A DNA stretch of 64,000 bases from IMG/VR virus record IMGVR_UViG_3300020478_000004, positions 44,526-108,525 of that record. The stretch is one strand, 5' to 3'. Below are positions 48,047 through 58,725 of this stretch, one piece after another. Each line of letters opens with the position of its first letter. Positions within the stretch are counted from its first letter, which is position 1. This stretch comes from a virus. Below the pieces are notes generated by a model, which searched no databases, was not told the origin of the DNA, and was given only the letters and a program-made list of their open reading frames with translations. The position numbers and the translations under genes were made by a program.

Positions 48047-49168
48047 TTATTTCATTATAAACATACTTCCAAACGTTGTTTCGATTGCGTCATTTAATGA
48101 AACGTCTTCTTGTTTATAATAGCCCTTCGGTTTAAGTTTACCCTTTAAAAATAATTCAACCATTGTTAATAATCCTGATGCTGTAGTTAACTCTATTGCT
48201 GTATAATATCTGCCGTTTTCTCTAATAGGATAAAAGAATTTTTTATAACATCTTTCTTTATGGTTACCGTTTTCGTCCCATCCACCAACTACAACATAAA
48301 TGATTACAAGATCACGTCTTGTAGTTGATACACCTCGTTTAATAATGTCAATTAATTCATTTTTAGGAATTCTTAAATCATTCATTAAAAAGTCTATAAG
48401 GTTATGATGTCCTTTATATCTTATTGTTTTATAATTTAAATCTACATTTTCAAATCGTTCATATGGGTGAGAATTAGATATTGTTTTTGCAAACGACCCT
48501 AACCCTCCACTTGTATTAAATGCTTCATATGTATTACCGTCAATCATTAATTCTTCATATCCTGTAAGTGTTGGCACTTTATAATAGCTTCCATTTCTAA
48601 CAATTTCACAGTCGCCACTATATTCATTTATTAATCCATCGGGGCTCCACATCAAATGATACTTTAATTTATTAGTAGAATCTTGTGATAATGAACCTAC
48701 ACGTATTTTAATATAATCAACCTTTTCCATATCATGCATTAGATGGTTAGCAATTACTGTACTCATGCCAGGTGCTAACCCACAATGTGGCATTGTAAAT
48801 GGTAATGGTTTGTTTAGATCAATGTTATGAATAAAGTCATTTAATTCAGCATCTTCTGAGAAATCAAAATAAGGAATGTTATGTTCCAAACAAGCACTAT
48901 ATATAACTACATTTTCAGTATATGGAAGTGCATTAATAACAAGTGTTTTATCAGCTATAAACATCTTAAGCATATTATTGTTAGTGCCCGGATGTCTAGT
49001 ATCTATTTGTTGATAGTGTTCTTCAGCAATTGCTTTAGGATGGAGGTCTTTATAATCACGCATATCCGCTACTGTAACGCTGTATGTTGTACGATCTCTT
49101 AATAGATCGTATACAGCACTACCTATAGCGCCTGCTCCAAATATTGCAATTTTGACTTGATCGGACAT
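48047..49168 (-). CDS. Saccharopine-dehydrogenase-family oxidoreductase (lysine 6-dehydrogenase-like)
   Basis: GAGAIG Rossmann, INALPY, CGLAPG, WSPDGLINEY, YEAFNTSGG, YKTIRYKGH. Confidence 0.85.
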   Translation of the reverse strand: MSDQVKIAIFGAGAIGSAVYDLLRDRTTYSVTVADMRDYKDLHPKAIAEEHYQQIDTRHPGTNNNMLKMFIADKTLVINALPYTENVVIYSACLEHNIPYFDFSEDAELNDFIHNIDLNKPLPFTMPHCGLAPGMSTVIANHLMHDMEKVDYIKIRVGSLSQDSTNKLKYHLMWSPDGLINEYSGDCEIVRNGSYYKVPTLTGYEELMIDGNTYEAFNTSGGLGSFAKTISNSHPYERFENVDLNYKTIRYKGHHNLIDFLMNDLRIPKNELIDIIKRGVSTTRRDLVIIYVVVGGWDENGNHKERCYKKFFYPIRENGRYYTAIELTTASGLLTMVELFLKGKLKPKGYYKQEDVSLNDAIETTFGSMFIMK

Positions 49169-49179
49169 AGTATTATTAC

Positions 49180-50028
49180 TTATCTAGCAAAGTACTCCTT
49201 TAGGATATTAATACCTACAAATTTAAGATTCTTAAACTCCATTAAACGTCTTGTTACATAGGGCATCCAATTATCACCATACGGCACGTATGTTCTAACT
49301 TTATACCCATCTTCTAATAATCGTTTAGCTAAATCTCTTCTAATACCAAATAACATCTCAAAATAAAACTTTGTTTTACAAGCATATTGAGTAGCTAATT
49401 CTTTTATGTTTTCAATAAGGTATTCGTCATGTGTTGCTAATGATACTAATTCTTGTTGATAACTTTTATGATAAAAATATCCGCTTCTAAATAATTCCTC
49501 TACTAACTCTAAGTACGCAAACCTTATTTTAGTCATATTCGTTATATCGCCTTTGTATGCTCCTTTACATATTCTTACTCTACGAAACCTTTCAATTACA
49601 TCAGCTAAATCAGTATATGACCGTTCCATATTAGCTTGTAGCACAATACCTACATCATTAAAACAACGGGAAAATTTTATCGTATCATCAATTAAGTCTG
49701 CCTTTTCCATATCAAATTTAATTTTAATTCTTGGATTATCTTTTATTGCATTAACTATTTGTTCTACAGGCTCTTTCCATTGATATGGTGCATTACCAAA
49801 TTGACTTAACTTAATTGATATTTCATATTGTCTAACAGCCCACGTACCTTTTAGATAATCAATTAAATGTAAATATTCTGTTAAGTTTTTTAATCTTTGT
49901 AAATCTGTAGTAGCAGTTTCACCTACATAATTAATAGTTACTAAATCATAATAAACAATATTATGTATCATAGACTTAACATCATCGCCTGCTATAAATC
50001 TTTTAGCCAACGGATATAATAGTTTCAT
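49180..50028 (-). CDS. Monofunctional proline dehydrogenase
   Basis: RFIAG, SIKLSQ, DME, VLQA, CKGAY, ATHD, EMLFGIR, YVPYG..W.PY..RRL.E. Confidence 0.92.
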   Translation of the reverse strand: MKLLYPLAKRFIAGDDVKSMIHNIVYYDLVTINYVGETATTDLQRLKNLTEYLHLIDYLKGTWAVRQYEISIKLSQFGNAPYQWKEPVEQIVNAIKDNPRIKIKFDMEKADLIDDTIKFSRCFNDVGIVLQANMERSYTDLADVIERFRRVRICKGAYKGDITNMTKIRFAYLELVEELFRSGYFYHKSYQQELVSLATHDEYLIENIKELATQYACKTKFYFEMLFGIRRDLAKRLLEDGYKVRTYVPYGDNWMPYVTRRLMEFKNLKFVGINILKEYFAR

Positions 50029-50504
50029 TATCTCACTTCTTTAAAATATTTTAATTCGTTTTCCATTACACCAAATTTTAATTGCATATCTTTTAATGGA
50101 ATATCCCAATCTTCTTTATGCCAGGGCCATTCGCCTATACGTTTAACACCTTTACGAGTTTTTCCATAATAAAACCCTCTTTGAAATATTTGTATTTGTT
50201 CTTTTGTAAATTTATTTTCTTCTGGATATAAGTAACGTGAAATGAATTTAAATAATGTTACTTCCCAACTTTTAATTCGATCGTCTGTACCCATAGTGAA
50301 TCCGATTACAAATGCTTCTGAATCATTTGATTGATCACACTCTAGTAATACGTGAACAGCATCATGATCACGTAGACTAGCTGACCCGTGTAAACAAAAT
50401 GGAGACATTGGATTCTCCATTAACCATATCATGAAAGGTATTGCCTCTGGCTCTACCGTTTTGTATCCTTGCATGAACCTTTCGAATGCCTGACGAAAAG
50501 TCAT
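50028..50504 (-). CDS. Coq4-like protein
   Basis: HDAVHVL-x8-E motif. Confidence 0.6.
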   Translation of the reverse strand: MTFRQAFERFMQGYKTVEPEAIPFMIWLMENPMSPFCLHGSASLRDHDAVHVLLECDQSNDSEAFVIGFTMGTDDRIKSWEVTLFKFISRYLYPEENKFTKEQIQIFQRGFYYGKTRKGVKRIGEWPWHKEDWDIPLKDMQLKFGVMENELKYFKEVR

Positions 50505-50517
50505 AACTTACCCTCTT

Positions 50518-50796
50518 TTATAAAAACAACATTTTGTATATTCCAAACAATGTAACACATATAACGATTATATTTAACACTACTAAATTAATACTTTGTC
50601 GCATATAAGCATTAACTGAATGTAATAAAGATCCAGCAAGTGTTAAAAGGAACACAAGCATGACTTTAGCATCATCGCCAAACCATGCTAGTACAACATA
50701 AACAGATATAAAACATAATGCACCGGCTGTTTCTATTACTAGTCTTACTCTGTTATTTTCCCAGTCATCTTTTAACCATTGCTGGATACTTTTCAA
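50518..50796 (-). CDS. Small multi-TM membrane protein
   Basis: Three hydrophobic segments. Confidence 0.6.
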   Translation of the reverse strand: MKSIQQWLKDDWENNRVRLVIETAGALCFISVYVVLAWFGDDAKVMLVFLLTLAGSLLHSVNAYMRQSINLVVLNIIVICVTLFGIYKMLFL

Positions 50797-51188
50797 ATAC
50801 TGTCTCCGTCGGGTTTAGGAGCAAATAATTTTGCTCTGTTACCGCCAACAATACAAGCTAAATCTTTATGCTTATAGAAAAATACAATAGCCCATGTGTC
50901 GTTATTTGGATTCATCCACATTTCAACAGACATAAGCTCTTTATAGAATTCGTTATGCACTAGTCCTTCCATGGCTTTATGCATTTTATAATCACTTTCT
51001 GCCATCTCACGCATTTTATCTCTAGTATCACAATACGTAAGAATATTATCTAACTTTTTTAAGTTAGGTTCGTGCTCTTGACTTTCGTGTGCTTTAGCTG
51101 AATTCATACTACATAAAGTTATAGCACACATAATGACAAATAAGAATAATAATCTAAAAAAACCTATATTAGGTTTATACATTGTCAT
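50793..51188 (-). CDS. Secreted/periplasmic hypothetical protein
   Basis: Signal peptide (AKA), two Cys. Confidence 0.6.
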   Translation of the reverse strand: MTMYKPNIGFFRLLFLFVIMCAITLCSMNSAKAHESQEHEPNLKKLDNILTYCDTRDKMREMAESDYKMHKAMEGLVHNEFYKELMSVEMWMNPNNDTWAIVFFYKHKDLACIVGGNRAKLFAPKPDGDSI

Positions 51189-51189
51189 T

Positions 51190-51891
51190 TTACCTCCTTT
51201 CTTCTAAGAGTTGCTCAGAGCCTTTATTAACAATCATGGAACAAGGCATCCATACCTGTTCTTTTGCATGATAGTGAATATTTGATCCACAGTCTAAAAA
51301 CTCAGCGGCCTGTAATGCTTTTTGCGGAGTATTATACGTATGATCAAAAATATTATCTGAATCTATTACTCCATCTGGAACATAACGCTTTAATTCCAAA
51401 TGTTTACCTCCATGGGAACCTTCAGGAAATGGTATTTCTCCAGGAACAGTACCTGGTATTTCTCCACCTTGTCCTGGCCATTGATCTTTATTTTGCTTTC
51501 CTAAAAACTGTTGGTTGTTCCCATGTATTAATGCTTGATGATCTCTCATAAAAGTTTCTATGATTTCATAAAAATCATTTGCATTCTTATATCCAACCCA
51601 GCGTGTAACTTCATGGTCTGTCCATATTATAAATGTAGGAGTTCCAGTTATTTTACCTATACGTTTTTCTTTAAACGCTTGAACATACCAATCTGGTACA
51701 GGTTTATTCATATTAATAATACGTAATGGTATAACTTCACCTGCTGGTGAATCTTTATACGTAGGTTCAACCTCTTTTAAAAAGTTTTGACAGTAACCAC
51801 AGTTGGGATTACTGAACATCAATAATTCTATTGCTTGACTCGGTGATGCGAATAGCAAGACGAATGCTACTGCTATGAATAGCTTTTTCAA
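51190..51891 (-). CDS. Secreted SoxS-like thioredoxin with C-terminal DUF3721-like module
   Basis: Signal peptide, CGYC, GTPTF; tail ALQAAEFLDC...H...WMPC. Confidence 0.7.
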   Translation of the reverse strand: MKKLFIAVAFVLLFASPSQAIELLMFSNPNCGYCQNFLKEVEPTYKDSPAGEVIPLRIINMNKPVPDWYVQAFKEKRIGKITGTPTFIIWTDHEVTRWVGYKNANDFYEIIETFMRDHQALIHGNNQQFLGKQNKDQWPGQGGEIPGTVPGEIPFPEGSHGGKHLELKRYVPDGVIDSDNIFDHTYNTPQKALQAAEFLDCGSNIHYHAKEQVWMPCSMIVNKGSEQLLEERR

Positions 51892-51917
51892 ATCCTTCTC
51901 CTTATAGCTAGTTTTAT

Positions 51918-53441
51918 TTAATCGTCTATTTGAGCTTTCTGCAAAGTACCACTGTAATCAACAAATACTGATTTCCATTCAGTACAATTATCAATCATAC
52001 TATGCCCAGCTTCACGATGCCCGTTACCAGTTCCTTTAGTACCACCGAACGGTAATTGTATTTCTGCACCGATTGTAGACGAATTAATGTAAGTAATGCC
52101 TGTATCAATTTCATGTAATGCTTTAAAGGCAAAATTTACATTCGCCGTATAGACAGCGGCCGATAATCCGTACTTACTATTATTAACCATATCTATGACT
52201 TCATCTGTATCACTAAATGATACTATAGCTACTACAGGACCAAATACTTCTTCCTGGGCTATCATATCATTTTGATCTACATCTGTTATTACTGTAGGTG
52301 TATAGAACCAACCATATGTTTCTGTAAACGTACCATACTTTTCATCTATATCATTAGTTGGATATTGATTTATTTTACCCCCACATAATACTTTATTGTT
52401 AACTGATGCTTCTGTTACCATTGTATGAATCTTCTTTAATGCTTTCTCATTAATAACAGGACCCATATCAACTTTATCATCTAAGCCGTCGCCTATGAAC
52501 AACGACTCTGCTCGTTTAACAAGTTTATCTGTAAAGTCAGCTTTAAGACTGTCGTGTACAAATACTCTAGAACACGCTGTACAACGCTGACCTGATGTGC
52601 CGAATGCACCCCATACAACACCATCTACTGCTAGATCAATATCAGCATCTTCCATTACAACTATTGCATTTTTACCACCCATCTCTAATGAGTATGGTAC
52701 CATACGTTCTGAACATCTAGTTGCAATTTGATAACCTGTTACAGTTGATCCTGTAAATGATACAAACTTAACAGTAGGATTATCTACTAATGGTTGTCCA
52801 GCTGATGGTCCATATCCTGTAACTACATTAAACACTCCTGCTGGAAGTCCTGCTTCTTCGAATACCATTGCTAGTCTGCATACACTTAATGGTGTATCCT
52901 CTGCAGGTTTAATAACCATTGTGTTACCGGCTACAAGGGCAGGGAAGGCCTTCCATGACGGAATGGCTATTGGAAAATTCCAAGGAGTAATTGCTCCAAT
53001 GACGCCTATCGGCATCCTCATGGACATACAGAACTTATCGTTCAGTTCTGAAGGAACAACTTGTCCTCCTAATCTCCGACCTTCACCTGCCGCATAGTAA
53101 CCCATGTCAATTGCTTCTTGGACATCGCCTCGTGTTTCAGATAATGGCTTACCCATTTCTTGGGTCATTACTTTTGCTATATCTTCTTTATCACGCAACA
53201 GAATTTCTGCCGCTTTAAACATTATTTCACCCCGTTTGGGTGCTGGCATCTTACGCCACGTTTTGAATGCCTTCGCGGCCGCCTCAACCGCATTATCTAT
53301 ATCTTCTTTGTTACTGTCTTGTACAGTAGCGATTACTTTAGTACAGTGAGCGGGATTGGTGACTTCAAAAGTCTTGCCAGAAGCCGAGTCTACCCATTGC
53401 CCACCAATGTAATTTTTATAATCAGTTCTGAATATATTCAT
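51918..53441 (-). CDS. NAD-dependent aldehyde dehydrogenase
   Basis: TPWNFP, KPAE, FTGS, LEMGGKN, GQRCTA, EEVFGP, PFGG. Confidence 0.95.
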   Translation of the reverse strand: MNIFRTDYKNYIGGQWVDSASGKTFEVTNPAHCTKVIATVQDSNKEDIDNAVEAAAKAFKTWRKMPAPKRGEIMFKAAEILLRDKEDIAKVMTQEMGKPLSETRGDVQEAIDMGYYAAGEGRRLGGQVVPSELNDKFCMSMRMPIGVIGAITPWNFPIAIPSWKAFPALVAGNTMVIKPAEDTPLSVCRLAMVFEEAGLPAGVFNVVTGYGPSAGQPLVDNPTVKFVSFTGSTVTGYQIATRCSERMVPYSLEMGGKNAIVVMEDADIDLAVDGVVWGAFGTSGQRCTACSRVFVHDSLKADFTDKLVKRAESLFIGDGLDDKVDMGPVINEKALKKIHTMVTEASVNNKVLCGGKINQYPTNDIDEKYGTFTETYGWFYTPTVITDVDQNDMIAQEEVFGPVVAIVSFSDTDEVIDMVNNSKYGLSAAVYTANVNFAFKALHEIDTGITYINSSTIGAEIQLPFGGTKGTGNGHREAGHSMIDNCTEWKSVFVDYSGTLQKAQIDD

Positions 53442-53483
53442 TGGATCTCCTAGCTTGAATAATTATGTACGTATTTAACTCTT

Positions 53484-53831
<348 letters not shown>

Positions 53832-53917
53832 TTATGTTATTAAATGATATAATAGTCCACCAACTATATACACTACTGTTGGTGCACCTACAAAAAATAA
53901 TGCAACTTCTAATCCAG

Positions 53918-54862
53918 TCATGTTGATACCAACTCCTTTGCTTTGGCTTGTTTAGCCATTTGGTCAGCTTTGAGCTTTTCCTTCATAGCTAACTTCCGTT
54001 CCTTCTTCTCTGTTTTTAATCTATCAATTACTACTTGTGCTTCTTCAGTTATATACTCACGCTGAACAAAGCGTCCACCTATCTGTTCACTATCCTTCAT
54101 TTCATCTAGACCTTCCATACTCTGTTTGCCAATCTCTAATATACATGGTGTATACAATTGTACAAACGTAGGTCCAACTTCACGTGCAATATGAACAGCA
54201 TTCTTAATAACTTCTTCAACTCTATTAGGTTTACTTACTGTAAGCATAGTAGAGTAATGACAGCCTGCTTCTTTGGCTATCTCAACTAAACGGACCTTAT
54301 CAAAGTTCTTACCCTTTGGAGCCATTTTAGCAACAAAGCCTTTTTGCATAAGTCCACTCTCTTGACCACCTGTATTAGCATACAACTCGTTATCAAAACA
54401 TATAGTTGTAAAGCGTTCTTGCCTAAACCATGATTGCATAGTCATATCTAATCCAATATCAACTGTAGCACCATCACCAGCTAGAACTATTACATCTTTA
54501 ATCTTATCTGGAAAACGACATCGTAATGCACGGACTAGTCCACTAGCAATAGCATTTTGATTACCAAACAAGCTGTGGATATTATTAACAGCTACATGGG
54601 GGAATACTAAACTAGTACAGCCAGTTGATCCTACAAATACTGTATCTTCTGGGTTTGGTATACTAGCCATAATATAACGAAACGCTATACTCTCTGGACA
54701 ACCCGCACATAAGCTATGTTGTTCAATTAATTCTTTACTTGAGCCTATATCTTTCCACCCTCTATCTTCTTTACCATACGTAGCATTATCAACTAAATCT
54801 TGATATTCAGGTGGCATAATATCAGCTAAATCTTCACATAATACAATCTTCTCTTTTGACAT
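53918..54862 (-). CDS. 2-oxoacid:ferredoxin oxidoreductase beta (TPP-binding) subunit
   Basis: LCAGC, STGC, AGDG-x26-DN TPP motif, YANTGGQES, YTPC. Confidence 0.9.
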   Translation of the reverse strand: MSKEKIVLCEDLADIMPPEYQDLVDNATYGKEDRGWKDIGSSKELIEQHSLCAGCPESIAFRYIMASIPNPEDTVFVGSTGCTSLVFPHVAVNNIHSLFGNQNAIASGLVRALRCRFPDKIKDVIVLAGDGATVDIGLDMTMQSWFRQERFTTICFDNELYANTGGQESGLMQKGFVAKMAPKGKNFDKVRLVEIAKEAGCHYSTMLTVSKPNRVEEVIKNAVHIAREVGPTFVQLYTPCILEIGKQSMEGLDEMKDSEQIGGRFVQREYITEEAQVVIDRLKTEKKERKLAMKEKLKADQMAKQAKAKELVST

Positions 54863-55034
54863 AATAGTTTTCCTTAATGTAACAGAATAACGTGATTCTG
54901 TTATCTATCGCCACATATACCTTTTGCTAAGATTACCATCAGTACTAATCCGATAACTGTAACCGCTAATGTCATGTGTTCTCCAAAGTGTTACTGCGGG
55001 CCCTGTCAAAGCGACCCACATCACAAAGCACTCG

Positions 55035-55256
55035 TTACTTACGAGTAAAGATAGCATAGATCACGCCCACGGATGCCAATCCAACAACACCTTGAGCTCC
55101 TAAGGTAGTAATAATAGCACTAATACCACCTATGATATCGCCACCAATAAATGGTACAGCTTTACCAAATATGACCTGCATAACAATACCTAAAGCTAGT
55201 AAGCTAATACCAGCTTCAGTTAACTTTTTGATCCATCCTATAATTTGATCAAACAT
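55035..55256 (-). CDS. Small 2-TM membrane protein
   Basis: AAGGAG RBS; hydrophobic. Confidence 0.7.
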   Translation of the reverse strand: MFDQIIGWIKKLTEAGISLLALGIVMQVIFGKAVPFIGGDIIGGISAIITTLGAQGVVGLASVGVIYAIFTRK

Positions 55257-55281
55257 TCAATTTGCTCCTTTCGTAATTGAG

Positions 55282-55364
55282 CCGCGAAGCGGATCGCTCC
55301 GCATTAAGCCGAGAATCGGTAAGCTAGATTTTTATACTAGTACGAAGTACTTGCGGTTACGCAA
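55282..55364 (+). other. Cluster of GAA-triloop DNA mini-hairpins
   Basis: CCGC-GAA-GCGG, CCGA-GAA-TCGG, AGTAC-GAA-GTACT, TTGCG-GTTA-CGCAA. Confidence 0.6.
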
Positions 55365-56169
55365 AAAACGGTACCTCCGATTTGGCCTTCTACTGTAACT
55401 CTACCCTATAAAATAGCCTGCATTTACGATGCCTTAAATTGCCCTAAAAACGCTCTAAATGGCTCTTAAACGTCGAATAAGCATCTAACTGCTACTCTGA
55501 CACACAAACGCCTTATAAAGACGTCTATGCACGTTTAAAGCACCATATAAACTACAAGCTAGGACTAACGTCTAGCCTGCATAGCATAGGCGGAAAGACA
55601 AAGCTAACAATATATGCATAATAAAGGGTAGGTGCTCAATAACCAAACAATGCACGGAATCAATAATGCTATGATCCCTACCCAAATTGTGATGTTTAGT
55701 AATATTCTCTTGTAATTCTGTTCCATACTGTTATTAGCCCTATCAAACAGCCTATAACTACGTTAAACTGTAATTCTACATTAAGTAGTTACTGTAGTAC
55801 CTGGATCACACATTACTGCACCAAAGTATACAGATACTACGACAATGGCTATAATCATCCACCATTTCATTTTCATAGTAGTCTCCTTTACAAGTATAAC
55901 GCTTAAGATAGCGAAGGGAATACTCCGCTTATGTGCTACGATGAAGCTGTAGCTACTCACAATATGTTGTGTAATACACGAAGCATATTGCATATATTAC
56001 TTATCTGTTTTACAGTCCGAAATGGGTATTTAGGGCTAAAAATTTGGGCTACGATTTTTTTAATAGAAGTACTTAGGCTTTTGAGGTGGTGATTTTACCC
56101 CTGCTCAACTGCTAAACTGCTACTTCATTTTTAATTACTACGCCCCGTGCCCCTCGCCTCAAGATTATT

Positions 56170-56370
56170 TTAAAATTTATGTTTCTTTCTGAGAATTTTT
56201 AATTTCTTCATCACCTTCTCGAACTCGGGATGATCGCTGTTTCGTACGCCTAGATTTCTTTGTAGCCACGCAACGTTGCTCGCGAACATATCGCTACACT
56301 CGTCTAGGTTACGCCTACTGTTGGGTACGTCCATGTCTAAGGGTATCACCCTAGTAACTCTTAAGCTCAT
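56170..56370 (-). CDS. Small hypothetical protein
   Basis: GGAGG RBS; WLQRNLGVRN..HP. Confidence 0.55.
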   Translation of the reverse strand: MSLRVTRVIPLDMDVPNSRRNLDECSDMFASNVAWLQRNLGVRNSDHPEFEKVMKKLKILRKKHKF

Positions 56371-56546
56371 GCTGGGCCTCCATCGTTATCGTTGTCGTTA
56401 CGGAACCACCATGTAAGCCATGCGGCTAAACATAAGGTCCCTATAATCTGTAATGTCTGTGCTAGTCCTACCATAGTGTTGTCCTATGATGTGTTATAAA
56501 TGAACATAGGGCCCGGAGGCCCTATGCATCCTCCCTATACGATACT

Positions 56547-56906
56547 CTATGTAGTGTATCGCTCCCCAGTGAATATGTTAACCATATCAACGCCGGGACC
56601 CATAGCCGCCCTCGCTTCGAATCTCTCCTCAGCTATTTGCTCTGGGCTTCTTAGCTTTTGTGCCTTCTTGTATGCTTCAATAGCCTCAGCATCTTCTATT
56701 GCTCTTACTTCGATGCTCTTGTCTACTACTGCTTGAGTAATAAGACCTAACGCACAAAAGTCATTCAGCATATCACTGAATGGTATCCTGCCATTGCTAT
56801 CCCAACGGAATACTGTATCCTGGCCGGTCTTGCTATTGTGCATGACCATCCCACTGTTGAAATGCTCTTTGATTTTGTTGATTGTGTAGCCCGTCTGTGT
56901 CTTCAT
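56547..56906 (-). CDS. Early hypothetical protein
   Basis: GAGGG RBS and own sigma70 promoter. Confidence 0.7.
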   Translation of the reverse strand: MKTQTGYTINKIKEHFNSGMVMHNSKTGQDTVFRWDSNGRIPFSDMLNDFCALGLITQAVVDKSIEVRAIEDAEAIEAYKKAQKLRSPEQIAEERFEARAAMGPGVDMVNIFTGERYTT

Positions 56907-57160
56907 CTGTATACCCTCTCGTCTAATTATATATACAGTATAGTCTCAAAGGGCTACAATGTCAACCTTTTTTTGGTCCTGTAACCCTTTGAATTGCTTG
57001 GGCTATTAAGTGGCTATTAGAATAATCACTATGATCACAGCCGCGATCACGCCGATCTTGCCTAATTTTGAGCCCCAGATATTGCTTATGAAGTCCATAA
57101 GTCCTCCTCTATTATGTATATATTAGCATCTAATTTGGGTGGTGTCAATGGTGGATCCGC

Positions 57161-57209
57161 CAAAAAAAGCCCCCTGGTAAAAGTCGAGGGCACAACTCTA
57201 CCAGGGGGT
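57161..57209 (-). terminator. Long-stem intrinsic terminator after the ATPase gene
   Basis: CCCCCTGGTAGAGTTG-TGCCCT-CGACTTTTACCAGGGGG followed by C and T7. Confidence 0.75.
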
Positions 57210-57262
57210 CGGGTCCAACTAAATGGACCCTATCACAGTATACGGAGCTTCTTTTGAGGGCA

Positions 57263-58267
57263 TTAGCTTCGACGTAGTACTGTGTTCTCGGCCATCGCTT
57301 GCCAGTTGTCTGGAAATGCTTTAGCCAAGTCTGCTACCTTTAAGACAGTCCTTAAAGATAATTCTCTTAAGCCCTTCTTATTAATGTCGATGAAGTCCAC
57401 AACCTCTTCGTGTACTCCCTCGGAAAGCTGATGTTCTTTCAGCATACCATCACCGACAATCTGTTTAATACGTAACATCTTCTCACGTTCGGTATCAATT
57501 GTAAGGTCGATGTAATGACATCTACTCTCAATCGCCATTAAGTGATCTCGCAACTTCTTCGACTTAACATTGTCGAACTTAATATTAGTTATGAAGATCG
57601 CTGAACCCTTGAACTCGAAGTGATCCGGAACACCCTCGTTACGCAACTTGAATGAATCTGTGTTCCAACAAATCCTACGTGACTTCTTAGAATCCAAAGC
57701 CGCTTTTAAAATGTTAAGACTTAGATCGTCCTGTAACACTGAGTCACAATCGTCAAAGACTAAAACGTTATCCTTGTCCGCATAGTTGAACAGTTTACAG
57801 TACAACCCAATCGCCGACATCGCACCCTTAACAAATTCGAACTTCTTCGGACGGTCATCGTTTGCGATCTCATGTACAAGATCATGCTTGGCAAGTACTT
57901 TCTCTACACCGAAGCTCTTACCAACGCCTGGAGGGCCTGTTACGATCATCGCACGTACAGTTCCCTTCTTGCAAGCCTTCGTCATATCCTCTAGGATATC
58001 GAAACGCTCACGTATACGCTCAACGGTCTCTTCATCCGTCTCTTCACGTTTAGTTGCTTTCGCTTTGGTTGCCTCGTAGTCATCTGCAGAGTCAACCTTG
58101 ATCTTAATGTTACGATCAGGGAAGCCTGCAATTGCACGACCATCGACTGTTACGTAGCCGCCTTGAGCACCTACTTTGAATTCTTCCACTAGTGGAAAAA
58201 CCATTCCGGCAAGCTCTACGTCTTTGCCGCGGATTTTATAAGATCCAGTTTTTATTCTGATTTGCAT
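57263..58267 (-). CDS. AAA-type P-loop ATPase
   Basis: GPPGVGKS, LVFDDCD, IFITN, SR finger. Confidence 0.85.
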   Translation of the reverse strand: MQIRIKTGSYKIRGKDVELAGMVFPLVEEFKVGAQGGYVTVDGRAIAGFPDRNIKIKVDSADDYEATKAKATKREETDEETVERIRERFDILEDMTKACKKGTVRAMIVTGPPGVGKSFGVEKVLAKHDLVHEIANDDRPKKFEFVKGAMSAIGLYCKLFNYADKDNVLVFDDCDSVLQDDLSLNILKAALDSKKSRRICWNTDSFKLRNEGVPDHFEFKGSAIFITNIKFDNVKSKKLRDHLMAIESRCHYIDLTIDTEREKMLRIKQIVGDGMLKEHQLSEGVHEEVVDFIDINKKGLRELSLRTVLKVADLAKAFPDNWQAMAENTVLRRS

Positions 58268-58491
58268 ATTGCCCTCTATCTGTTGTGGTTAATTTCTAAC
58301 TGTTAACTATAGTATACTCTCATGCATACGTAAAGTCAACCCCTAAATTAAAATATTTCCTATTGTTTGAATGACCCCGCCCAGGAACACAATAAGAACT
58401 CCCAGGATGTGAATGAGCATCGAAAGGATACCGAAGTACCATAACACCCATACCGCACAAGCTATCGCGAACCACTTCCATATCGTTCTCA

Positions 58492-58725
58492 TTAGCCCTC
58501 CTGGTTGGTTTCAAGTTTCTGGAGTTCCTTAACCATGTCAAGGAATTTGTTGAACATCAGATCGATCCTGGATTCTTGCTCCGTGAATCTGTAGTCTTCT
58601 CCCTTGGGGATACAAATTGCTTCGTAGCCTGCCTTCTGGATAGAAGCTGATGCTTTGTTGCAGGTATCCAGGTCGCCATAGACCACCTGGAGATTCAGCG
58701 CCGCCGCTATAAGGAGAAACTTCAT
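58492..58725 (-). CDS. Small hypothetical protein
   Basis: GAGGA RBS; TAATG coupling to the upstream ORF. Confidence 0.55.
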   Translation of the reverse strand: MKFLLIAAALNLQVVYGDLDTCNKASASIQKAGYEAICIPKGEDYRFTEQESRIDLMFNKFLDMVKELQKLETNQEG

